Both the position numbers and the translations under genes were made by a program. Of a stretch of 64,000 bases of DNA, positions 9,231 through 18,201 are shown piece after piece. Origin of the DNA: Acutalibacteraceae bacterium (lineage in GTDB: Bacteria; Bacillota; Clostridia; Oscillospirales; Acutalibacteraceae); the NCBI GenBank assembly GCA_045590055.1, contig JAZNQF010000080.1, forward strand, positions 8,901 through 72,900, read 5' to 3'. How positions within the stretch are numbered: position 1 is the stretch's first letter; every line of letters begins with the position of its first letter. The notes under the pieces are model-generated. The model saw only the letters and a list, made by a program, of their open reading frames with translations, had not been told where the DNA came from and ran no database searches.

Positions 9231-11769
9231 ACCCAAGACGCCTGCAGAGGTAAGAGTCTGCAACGCCGTCAGGGAGATTCTTCTCAAGGATACTGTTGGC
9301 ACAAACGAAAACTTCTTCGCAATTGGCGGCGACAGTTTGTCAGCCGCTGAGCTTGCAGTCAGCCTCCACGTCAACACTCAGGTGATTTATGACAATCCCT
9401 TCCTCAGCTCACTGGCACTTGTTGTTGAAAAAACAATGGCAGATGAGGATATGGTACGCCCTGACGTCAACGGCATCATCAAAGCATCAACCGATGAAAG
9501 GGTAGAGGAGTATAAATGTGTTCTTCTCACCGGTGCAACAGGTTTTTTGGGTGCGCACATCCTCAAAGAACTCACGGAAAGAAATGTGAAAACCATCTGC
9601 CTTGTTAGGAATTCCGAGCGCTTCCTTTCTCAGCTTGAGTATTATTTTGATGATATTGATATATCAAACGTTACCGTCATCAAGGGCAACATTGAAAACA
9701 CACACCTTGGTTTGTCTGCAGACGTTTATAACTCACTTGCATCACAAGTGGATGCAGTGTTCCATGTTGCTGCAAACGTTCACCATGCAGGCGATTACCT
9801 TGAACTCAAAAAGACAAACGTTGAGGGCACGCAGAACGTGATTGATTTTGCAAAGGCGGCAAATGCGGTGCTTCACCACACGTCAACCGTCAGTGTTCAC
9901 GGCTCTGCAACCGTTGTGCAGGAAAACAGAACCGCTGTTTTTGATGAGTTTACCCTCAACATCGGTCAGCATTTCTATGACAACGTATATATCCACAGTA
10001 AATACCATGCGGAAGAAGCGGTACTGCTTGCAAGGCAGGAAGGTCTCAAGTCAAACATTTACCGTATCGGTAATCTCACGTGGCGTGCAAGTGACGGCAA
10101 ATTCCAGCGCAACAATGAAGAAAACGGCTTTTTGAGCCGTGTGCGTGCAATGATGAAGCTCGGCATGCTTAACGACAACATGGATACCTATCCCATGGAC
10201 CTCACTGCCGTTGATGAATGTGCAAAAGCCTTTGTAAGCCTTGCTTTTGCAGGCCACACAAACGAGATTTATCATCTTTATAATCCGAATTATCTCAAAA
10301 CCGCAGAGCTTTTCAATGCTCTCGGCAGGCAGTATAAGCACGTTTCTACGCTTGAAACAATTGAAACTGTTTTTGCCAATACGGACGACCGCGATATCAG
10401 AGTTTATCTGTTCTACATGATTATTTCAGGTCGCTCTGCATATATCGATACTCGTTGCACCTTCACCGTTGAAAGAATGGCTGAGGTCGGCTTTGAATGG
10501 AGCAAGCCTGACGGCAGATATATGAATCTTGGCGGCCATTGCACCGATTTTGATGAGTATGAAGTCAAGCCCATGCGCACATGCGGCGGTGCACTCACTC
10601 CGATTCAGAAAATTGCATTCGGCGGTCTGCAGGACGCTCAGCTCGGTGAAACCGAACTGTTCACGGGTGAAGCTTCACTTTCTGAACTTGCAGAAAGAGT
10701 CAGCGCGGACGGTGTGAGCAACCCGTTGGTTGTCACCTTCAACGCGGCGCTTAACTTTGAAAACGTGAAAACTCTGCTTTCCTCTTTCGGTAAATACACG
10801 GCGTACACTTCAATCAACGGTGAGCCGACAGTTGAGGATACGGAAAACTGCCTGCTTGCTTATCAACAGAATGATTGCGACGGTGTTGTTGCAATCGGCG
10901 GCGGATCTGTTATCGACTGTGCAAAAATTACGGCTCTGTGTGCCGCAAACACACACAAGCAGCTTGATGACCTCAACACCTTTGCCGTCAAAGCAAACCG
11001 TTGCGTGCCGTTTTACGTTGTACCCACAACTGCAGGCACGGGTTCCGAATCTACGGTATTCGCCGTAATTACCGACACAAAGGAGCACAAGAAAAAGGCG
11101 TTCGCCAGCGATAAATTTATGCCTTACGCGGTTGCGCTTGATGCGTCACTCACGCTCAGCGTGCCCGAATACGTTACTGCATGCACCGCCATTGATGCTC
11201 TTTCACATGCCGTTGAAGCTTATGTCAGCACCTTTGGCGTTGCCTTTGAGCAGGACAGAAAGTTGGCTCTTGTTGCTGCACGTAAGATTTTCTCAAGCCT
11301 TGAAAAAGCATGCAATAACCTTGACGATATTGCCGCCCGCACTGCCTTGCTTGAAGCCTCACATGAGGCAGGCGTTGCTTTCAGAAGAATCAGCACGGGT
11401 TACATTCACGCGCTTGCACACAGACTTGGTGAGCTTTATAATCTGCCTCACGGTGCGGCAATTGCAAGTGTGTTCACTTCAGTGCTCAGGGCTAACATGC
11501 CTGAAATTTGCAACGACCTTGCAAGCATGGCTGTATACTGCGGAATCTGCGAAGAAAGCGCAAACAAAACTGCAGATGCCGAAAAGTTCATTGCCGAAGT
11601 TGACCGTCTTATTGCTTGTGTCGGTATCGACAAAAAAGCAGTTGCTTTCAACGAAGCGGATGCACAGGAGATTGTGCTTCGTGCGCAGGAGGAAGTCAAG
11701 GTTGTAGGTTATCCCAAGCCGTTTTCGGACGAAAGCCTCACAAAGCTTTTGCTTGACAATTTCAGATAA
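7675..11769 (+). CDS. multidomain adenylation / carrier protein / thioester reductase / iron-containing alcohol dehydrogenase fusion (carboxylic-acid-reductase-like)
   Basis: One continuous 1364-aa ORF carrying motifs of all four domains; see the domain entries below. Confidence 0.85.
   Translation: [1364 protein letters not shown]
9240..9440 (+). other. domain: phosphopantetheine-binding carrier (approximate bounds)
   Basis: [14 protein letters not shown] motif. The predicted attachment Ser554 codon is AGT at 9334-9336. Confidence 0.75.
9515..10630 (+). other. domain: thioester reductase (SDR, NAD_binding_4-like; approximate bounds)
   Basis: Rossmann motif [14 protein letters not shown] and catalytic-type Y-x-x-x-K (YIHSK). 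Confidence 0.7.
10630..11766 (+). other. domain: iron-containing (group III) alcohol dehydrogenase (approximate bounds)
   Basis: Motifs [33 protein letters not shown] and [18 protein letters not shown]. Confidence 0.75.
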
Positions 11770-11856
11770 TATTACGGGCGGTCTTTGCACAGACCGCCCG
11801 TCAGACTGTCGATAAAAGCACAAGAACAACAATGCTGTTTTTTCGACAACCTGACG

Positions 11857-11888
11857 GGAGGTCTTTGTATAGACCTCCTATTTTATCT
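11857..11888 (+). terminator. intrinsic terminator after the fusion gene
   Basis: GGAGGTCT-TTGTAT-AGACCTCC followed by TATTTTATCTTTT. Confidence 0.65.
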
Positions 11889-11906
11889 TTTGATTAAAAC
11901 GTATAA

Positions 11907-11935
11907 TTGACAATGGCTTTCAGCTTTTGTATAAT
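11907..11935 (+). promoter_or_regulatory. consensus sigma-A promoter for araB
   Basis: TTGACA (11907-11912), 17 nt spacer, TATAAT (11930-11935). Confidence 0.6.
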
Positions 11936-11967
11936 AAGAAGAACAGATATTGAAAGGATGATTTTTT

Positions 11968-13617
11968 ATGAGCGATTTTTATTCAATCGGTGTCGATTTC
12001 GGCACACTTTCGGGCCGTGCCGTGTTGGTTAACGTTAACACCGGTGATGAAATATGTACAAGTGTTTTTGAATATCCTCACGCGGTTATGGAAGAGCAGC
12101 TTCCCTGCGGTAAAAAGCTTGGGCAGGACTTTGCGCTTGAGCATCCGCAGGATTATCTTGACGTGCTCGCGCACGTTATTCCCGACGTGCTTAAGCAGTC
12201 AGGCGTTGATGCATCACAGATTATCGGCGTAGGCATTGACCACACCGCATGCACCGTGCTTCCCGTTAAGGCAGACGGCACACCTCTTTGCTTCCTCGAT
12301 GAATACAAGGAAGAGCCGCATGCATACATAAAGCTGTGGAAGCATCATGCCGCTCAGCCTCAGGCAGACAGAATCAATGAGCTTGCCGCTGAAAGAGGCG
12401 AAACGTGGCTCAGCCGTTACGGCGGCAAGATTTCTTCCGAATGGCTGTTTCCAAAGGTAATGCAGGTTGCTCAGCAGGCACCCGAAATTTACGATGCGGC
12501 AGATAGGTTTGTTGAAGCAACAGACTGGGTTGTTTGGCAGCTCACCGGCAACGAAACACACAACTCCTGCACCGCAGGCTATAAGGCTATCTGGAGCAAG
12601 AGCGAGGGTTATCCTTCAAACGATTTCTTCAAGGCTCTCGACCCCAAGCTCGACGGCATCATTGGCACAAAGGTGTCAACTGATATTCTTCCCCTTGGCT
12701 CAAAAGCAGGTGAAATCACCGCAAAAGCGGCAGAATTTACAGGTCTTAAAGAGGGTACACCCGTTGCAGTCGGCAATGTTGATGCACACGTTGCACTTCC
12801 TGCCGTCGGCATCACGGATGCAGGCAAGCTCCTTATGATTATGGGTACTTCAACCTGCCACATTCTCATGGACTCAAAAGAACACATCGTACCCGGTATG
12901 TGCGGCGTTGTTGAAGACGGCGTGCTTGCCGGCAAATTCGGTTACGAAGCAGGTCAGTCCTGCGTAGGCGACCACTTTGACTGGTTTGTGAAAAACTGTG
13001 TTCCTGCACGCTACGTGGAGGAAGCGAAGGCCCAGGGTGTCAACATTCACAAGTATCTGCGCGAAAAAGCAAAGAAGCTCAAAGTCGGCGAAAGCGGTCT
13101 TGTTGCACTTGATTGGTGGAACGGTAACCGCAGTGTGCTTGTTGATGCAAACCTCACGGGCATGATTCTCGGTATGACTCTCCTGACCAAGCCTGAGGAA
13201 ATCTACCGCGCACTTATTGAAGCCACCGCATACGGCACACGCATGATAATTGACAACTTTGAGGAAAACGGAGTTGCCATTGATGAGATTTTCGCCGCAG
13301 GCGGCATTGCCGATAAGGACGAAATGATGATGCAGATTTATGCAGACGTTACGGGCAGAACAATCAAAATTGCCGCCTCAGCACAGTCACCCGCACTCGG
13401 TAGTGCAATTTTCGGTGCCGCCGTTTCGGGCAAAGTGACCATGGAGCAGGCAATCAGAAACATGGGCAAGGTCAAAGACGTTGTGTACAAGCCGATTGCA
13501 GAAAACAAGGCAGTTTACGATAAACTCTATGCCGAATATAAGGTGCTTCACGATTATTTCGGCAGGGGAGCAAACGACGTTATGAAAAGACTTAAAAAAA
13601 TTGCAGGCGAAAAATAA
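11968..13617 (+). CDS. araB: ribulokinase (FGGY carbohydrate kinase)
   Basis: 549 aa. N-terminus [17 protein letters not shown], with length and overall pattern typical of AraB. Confidence 0.8.
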   Translation: MSDFYSIGVDFGTLSGRAVLVNVNTGDEICTSVFEYPHAVMEEQLPCGKKLGQDFALEHPQDYLDVLAHVIPDVLKQSGVDASQIIGVGIDHTACTVLPVKADGTPLCFLDEYKEEPHAYIKLWKHHAAQPQADRINELAAERGETWLSRYGGKISSEWLFPKVMQVAQQAPEIYDAADRFVEATDWVVWQLTGNETHNSCTAGYKAIWSKSEGYPSNDFFKALDPKLDGIIGTKVSTDILPLGSKAGEITAKAAEFTGLKEGTPVAVGNVDAHVALPAVGITDAGKLLMIMGTSTCHILMDSKEHIVPGMCGVVEDGVLAGKFGYEAGQSCVGDHFDWFVKNCVPARYVEEAKAQGVNIHKYLREKAKKLKVGESGLVALDWWNGNRSVLVDANLTGMILGMTLLTKPEEIYRALIEATAYGTRMIIDNFEENGVAIDEIFAAGGIADKDEMMMQIYADVTGRTIKIAASAQSPALGSAIFGAAVSGKVTMEQAIRNMGKVKDVVYKPIAENKAVYDKLYAEYKVLHDYFGRGANDVMKRLKKIAGEK

Positions 13618-13638
13618 TTTGATTGAGAGGGGTACAAT

Positions 13639-14118
13639 ATGATTTGTAAAACCTGTTCAAGTACAATACCCGACGGTGCTGCAGTTTGCCCTATTTGCCG
13701 CAGCTCCGTTCAGCAGGAAAACTCACACTATGAACAACCGCAAGCTGATTACGGCAACACTCAGCAGTACTATGCGCCGCAACCTCAGCAGAACAAGCCT
13801 GTAACAAGCAAGGTTTGGCTCTATGCCGTATTTGCTCTTTCTGCGTTGACGGGCAGTGTGCTTTCACTTGTTCTTGCCGCAATCGCACTCATTCTTTTTG
13901 AGCGTAAAGTCCTGTTTGCTGAAAGAGGCGACTTCATGCAGGTTAACTACTATGACGGGCTCATCAAAAAGCTTGGCATAGCGGCATGGGTTCTGTTTGC
14001 TTTGCAGGCGGTATTGATTATTGCTTCAATTGCAATACTGCCGATGCTGGTTGTACTTTCAGAGGAATTCTTTTATGACGATTTTTACTACTACGGTATA
14101 ATGTCAGCGCTGATGTAA
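13639..14118 (+). CDS. zinc-ribbon domain membrane protein, function unknown
   Basis: N-terminal CxxC...CPIC ribbon, a Q/P-rich linker, and two predicted TM helices. RBS GAGAGGGG. Confidence 0.5.
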   Translation: MICKTCSSTIPDGAAVCPICRSSVQQENSHYEQPQADYGNTQQYYAPQPQQNKPVTSKVWLYAVFALSALTGSVLSLVLAAIALILFERKVLFAERGDFMQVNYYDGLIKKLGIAAWVLFALQAVLIIASIAILPMLVVLSEEFFYDDFYYYGIMSALM

Positions 14119-14136
14119 CCTACGCACAATAAATTA

Positions 14137-14170
14137 ACCACCGATTCAGTTAACGAATCGGTGGTTTTGC
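14137..14170. terminator. bidirectional terminator between convergent genes
   Basis: 12-bp stem AACCACCGATTC / GAATCGGTGGTT followed by TTTGCTG. Confidence 0.6.
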
Positions 14171-14173
14171 TGT

Positions 14174-14938
14174 TTATTCTTCTGTGTGTTTATACACAAG
14201 TCCGCCCACAACGTCGGGGCAGTTTGTGATGATGCCGTCAACGCCGTGGCGGATCATTCTTTCAATGCTTCTTACCTTGTCAACTGTCCATACGTTCACT
14301 TCAACGCCTGCATCGTGCGCATTTTTGACATAGTTTTTGTTGATGTATACCTCGTGAGGATGAAGAGCATCGGCGCCGATTTCCTTTGCAAACTCAACGG
14401 GGCGGCGGAACATTTGCATTGACGTTGATCTATCGGGGCTGTAAAGGAAGCCTGTTTTGCAGGTTTTGTCAATCTGTTTTGCCTGAACAAGAAGCTTGGG
14501 GTCGAAGCTGGAAATAAGCAATCTGTCCCACAAACCGTGCTCTTTAACTGCGGCAATTGTTTTCTTTACAATGTCCGTCTCAGCGGCGCGGGGGCTTTTG
14601 AGCTCAATGTTGAGTACGGAGATATTCGTTGTCTTTGTGAATTCAAGAAACTCGTCAACCGTGGGAATTCTTGTGTCCTTGAATCTCGGTGCAAAATAAC
14701 TGCCGAAGTCATACTCCTTGAGCTGTTCAAGCGTCATTTCGGAAATTTCACCGTTGCCGTTTGAGGTTGCCTCAATTGTGTAATTGTGGCAGATAACCAG
14801 AACACCGTCCTTTGTCATGTGAACGTCGGTTTCAAAGCCGTCTGCATGCAGAGCATTTGCCATTTCAAATGCAGGCATGGTGTTCTGCGGAGTGTACACG
14901 TTGGCACCGCGATGAGATATGATTTTTGGCATTGACAT
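14174..14938 (-). CDS. glycerophosphodiester phosphodiesterase
   Basis: GDPD motifs IISHRGA, PENT-like NTMPAF, and DGFETDVHMTKDGVLVICHN. Confidence 0.8.
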   Translation of the reverse strand: MSMPKIISHRGANVYTPQNTMPAFEMANALHADGFETDVHMTKDGVLVICHNYTIEATSNGNGEISEMTLEQLKEYDFGSYFAPRFKDTRIPTVDEFLEFTKTTNISVLNIELKSPRAAETDIVKKTIAAVKEHGLWDRLLISSFDPKLLVQAKQIDKTCKTGFLYSPDRSTSMQMFRRPVEFAKEIGADALHPHEVYINKNYVKNAHDAGVEVNVWTVDKVRSIERMIRHGVDGIITNCPDVVGGLVYKHTEE

Positions 14939-14953
14939 AAAGTTTACCTTCCT

Positions 14954-15727
14954 TTATCTTCCGATGATTTCGCAAAGCAGTTGGGGGTTGCGCGTTGTGA
15001 GGTTGTCAGCTTGAAGGGGGAGTGCAGCTCTGATTTCTTCAGAGGTGGACGGTGTCCAGAGTGACACAGGATAGCCTGCGGCTTTAACTGCTGAAACAAG
15101 CTTGTATGATACCCTTGAAGCTCTGGCGTTGAGACCGACTGCACCTGATTTTTCAATGCGGCTGATGACGGATTTGATGTAAGCTGATGATGTGTTGATC
15201 GGCTTGACAATGTCAATGTTGAGATAATAGGGGATAAGGGGACATTTTTCTTTTGCGGCTTTTGCATCGCTGAATCTGATGCCCGTGAAGAAGATGCGCT
15301 CGGACAAGCCGTATTTTTCAGCAAGGGGCTGAATCTGTTCAAGATAGGTTGTGTCCTTAACGTCGATGTTGATAACAAGCTTGTCATATTCTGCAACGGC
15401 GGCGAACGCTTCTTCAAGCGTTACGGGTGTTGCGTTGGCAGTAACATCGTCGTGTGAGAGCACTGCAACGTTGTTCTGGTCGTATCTCAAATCAAATTCA
15501 ACAATATCGGCACCGTTGCCCACACCTGCGTGTATGGATTCGAGAGAATTCATTGCTGTGTCCATGCATCCCGTGTGTGCCGTAACGGTGAGACCTTCAT
15601 ATTTGTTGCATTTGCTTTTGCATGAGCAAACGGCGGGAAGGTCCTTGTCTTTTGAAGCGAGGCGAGCAACAACAAATGAGCAAAGTCCGGTTATTGCAAC
15701 TGCGGCCAATGTTTTTTTATAATTCAT
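14954..15727 (-). CDS. glycerophosphodiester phosphodiesterase family protein, membrane-anchored or secreted
   Basis: N-terminal signal/TM segment. GDPD-like core (TAHTGC..., DIVEFDLRYDQNNVAVLSHDD). Confidence 0.65.
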   Translation of the reverse strand: MNYKKTLAAVAITGLCSFVVARLASKDKDLPAVCSCKSKCNKYEGLTVTAHTGCMDTAMNSLESIHAGVGNGADIVEFDLRYDQNNVAVLSHDDVTANATPVTLEEAFAAVAEYDKLVINIDVKDTTYLEQIQPLAEKYGLSERIFFTGIRFSDAKAAKEKCPLIPYYLNIDIVKPINTSSAYIKSVISRIEKSGAVGLNARASRVSYKLVSAVKAAGYPVSLWTPSTSEEIRAALPLQADNLTTRNPQLLCEIIGR

Positions 15728-15787
15728 GTTCTTCTCCCCAATATAAAAACTTACAGTATTATATCTTTTTTACGCGGTTGTGTCAAG

Positions 15788-18199
15788 TCACACTTCGTCA
15801 TAGTAAAGTGCACCTTCATACACGCTGATTTGAGCATCTGTGCCGATAACAAAGGCTTGCTTATCAATTTTGAGCGCGGCGTTTTCCTGCGTGTAGGCAC
15901 AGTTTTCAAGCTTGCCGTTAACATAGAGCTTCAGTGCTCCGTTGCGTTCGCGCACCGCTGTAATAACAGCGGCTGTGTTCGGCTGAAGGCGTACTTGTAC
16001 CTGCAAGCTGCAGAAGCTGAATACGACGGTGCCGTCAACTTCTTTTTTTAGCACAACGTCTTCACCCTGAGCGAACAGTGTGCCGCTTGTGCCTTGCGGT
16101 ACGTCTGCTTTAACGGCAAAGCCATGCTCTGTGTTGAGCAGATTGCCCGTAACAAGCACGGTTTCGGGCGGTGCGTCAGGTATACAAAGCAGCTTGTTTT
16201 CACCGAAGCTCATGAAAATGCTTTGATGTGCTTCAAGCGTGACCTTTACACTCTCGTTGTATGAGTATGCCCCGATTTCGCTGCCGTTGAGCACGTCTGT
16301 GCACAAAAGATTATGCGCTGACGAGGTTACGCCGTTTCTTTCGTTGAGCGTAAAAGTGAAGGCTTTTGTTTTAGCTGACGGATTACGCAATGCAACAATG
16401 CCGCAGTTGTTTTTCCAACAACTGTAGCCGTATATGTCACCGCTTTTGGGGCTGTTGCCGATGAAACGCGAGGTGGAAAGAACGTGGCTGTATTTTTCCG
16501 CCCATTCAAGCACGGCGGCATTATATGCCCACTTTTCGTCGTCCATCATTGTCGGTGAATAATACAACTCCCAGAATGCAGTGCCGCGGCACGCGTTGAA
16601 CAACAGAAACTCAAGGAAATCCTTGCCGCTCATGCTGACCTTTGCCGTGGTTGCATATATCGGGTCGTGATTGTAAAGGTTTGACTGCGGAAAACGCAGT
16701 TGACGTACGTTGTAGAAATCGTAATATCTGTCGTCGCGGTAGGTGAGCATGCGGTCTTTGTCGTTTCCGCCGAGGTTTTGCCCGAAAGACGATTTATCAC
16801 AGAAACCAACGTCGTTGCTGTTCTGAATCCACACGCTGTTCACCCATTGCAGAAACCATGGACTCGGGTTGACGTAGCAGGTGGTATTAAGCCAGATATC
16901 CTGCCTCGCTTCACGCAGTGCGGTGAAAATCTTAATCCAGTTTTCCCAAAGGTCTGTGTAGAAAAACGCATGGTTTTTACCACCGGTCATGTGCCCGTGG
17001 TTTTTGTGCTCGCACGTGGAAAGGCAGAAGCCGTCAAGCTTCCAATAGCTCAAATCAAAGCTGTTTGTGAAGTTTACAAGAAGTTGCCCGAGATGCTTCT
17101 GATAAGTGTGGTCAGCGGCACAGATGTCGCGCATCTTTTTGTTGGCGTGGCCCATTCCTGCTTTTTCAATGTTTTGGGCAAAGGAATAGACCTGATTGTT
17201 ATATCCGCCGCGGGGACCCAACCAGAGACCGAAGGTGGAGCCGAGTGAGTGAGCAAGCTTCATTGACGGGAAAAGCTCATCAGGAAACTTCTTGTTGAAG
17301 CCCCAGAAGTTGCCGTCGTAGTCATTCCAACCGTCATCTGCAACAAAAGCGTCAAGCGGTCGCACACCGAAGCGGGCGCAACCTTTGTCAATTTGAAGGA
17401 ATGATTTTTCAAGGCTCGCATCGTCAATGTCGTACATGTAATCGTACCATGAGTTATACTGCCGCCTGAAAGGTGACGGCACAGCGATGGTGCGTATATA
17501 CTCAAAAAAGTCAGCGGTGATAACCTCGGTGTTGTCACTTGAGGCGCAACCTGCGATGCACGGCCATGAGGTGAACACGCCGTTTGTGCAGATGTCGCAA
17601 AGCGGTCTGCCGTTTGCATATTGAAGGCTGACAACATTTTTTCTGAGTGAATTTCTTGCGGCAGGAAATTCACAGCCGAAAAACATGGAGTCCACATACA
17701 CGGGTTGACCGTACATCAATTCCTCATTTGAGGTGGAAGCACAGCTTTTCTGTTTGGGTATTTGCCATGTTTTAAGTGTTGAACCGTAACCGAACAAATC
17801 AATGCTGATGGTTTCGAGCTTTGCAGTGCACTTGTCTGCTCCGGCTATGCTGAGTTGCTGGCGGACATATCTGTCATTGTTGCCGAGGGTGACGGTGAGT
17901 GTAACGGTGAGCTTTGCACCTGAAACGCTGATATCTTCAAACACAAAGTCAACACGGTCGGAGTTTGTGCCTTCTTCTGTGACGGTGCGGCTGAGTGTCA
18001 TGTTGCCGCTGCCGAACTTCTTTTTGGGGAATCCGCTGAAAACAAGTTCAAATGCTTTTGATTTTGACGTGGGAGTAAGGACTTTTTTTGAAATAAGGTT
18101 TTCAATTTTGCCAACATTAAGTTTTTTCCCGTGGGTTAAAAACTCACGGGAAATAAGGCTGTTGCTGATTGTAATTTTGTTGTCGTTTTTTGTTATCAT
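15788..18199 (-). CDS. glycoside hydrolase, clan GH-D alpha-galactosidase-like, with C-terminal LamG/concanavalin-like domain
   Basis: 803 aa. DDGWNDYDGNFWGFNKKFPDELFP and YWKLDGF motifs resemble GH27/GH36 catalytic cores. The last ~130 aa look LamG-like. Family assignment is tentative. Confidence 0.55.
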   Translation of the reverse strand: MITKNDNKITISNSLISREFLTHGKKLNVGKIENLISKKVLTPTSKSKAFELVFSGFPKKKFGSGNMTLSRTVTEEGTNSDRVDFVFEDISVSGAKLTVTLTVTLGNNDRYVRQQLSIAGADKCTAKLETISIDLFGYGSTLKTWQIPKQKSCASTSNEELMYGQPVYVDSMFFGCEFPAARNSLRKNVVSLQYANGRPLCDICTNGVFTSWPCIAGCASSDNTEVITADFFEYIRTIAVPSPFRRQYNSWYDYMYDIDDASLEKSFLQIDKGCARFGVRPLDAFVADDGWNDYDGNFWGFNKKFPDELFPSMKLAHSLGSTFGLWLGPRGGYNNQVYSFAQNIEKAGMGHANKKMRDICAADHTYQKHLGQLLVNFTNSFDLSYWKLDGFCLSTCEHKNHGHMTGGKNHAFFYTDLWENWIKIFTALREARQDIWLNTTCYVNPSPWFLQWVNSVWIQNSNDVGFCDKSSFGQNLGGNDKDRMLTYRDDRYYDFYNVRQLRFPQSNLYNHDPIYATTAKVSMSGKDFLEFLLFNACRGTAFWELYYSPTMMDDEKWAYNAAVLEWAEKYSHVLSTSRFIGNSPKSGDIYGYSCWKNNCGIVALRNPSAKTKAFTFTLNERNGVTSSAHNLLCTDVLNGSEIGAYSYNESVKVTLEAHQSIFMSFGENKLLCIPDAPPETVLVTGNLLNTEHGFAVKADVPQGTSGTLFAQGEDVVLKKEVDGTVVFSFCSLQVQVRLQPNTAAVITAVRERNGALKLYVNGKLENCAYTQENAALKIDKQAFVIGTDAQISVYEGALYYDEV

Positions 18200-18201
18200 A
18201 A

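Noticed and set aside
11132-11707. 191-aa alternate-frame ORF within the Fe-ADH domain. Similar long internal or antisense ORFs occur at 47775-48365, 50810-51334, 52522-53019, 57128-57637, 61834-62313 and 63181-63645.
   Set aside because: All overlap genes that carry strong conserved motifs in another frame. None has an RBS, and all have atypical amino-acid composition.
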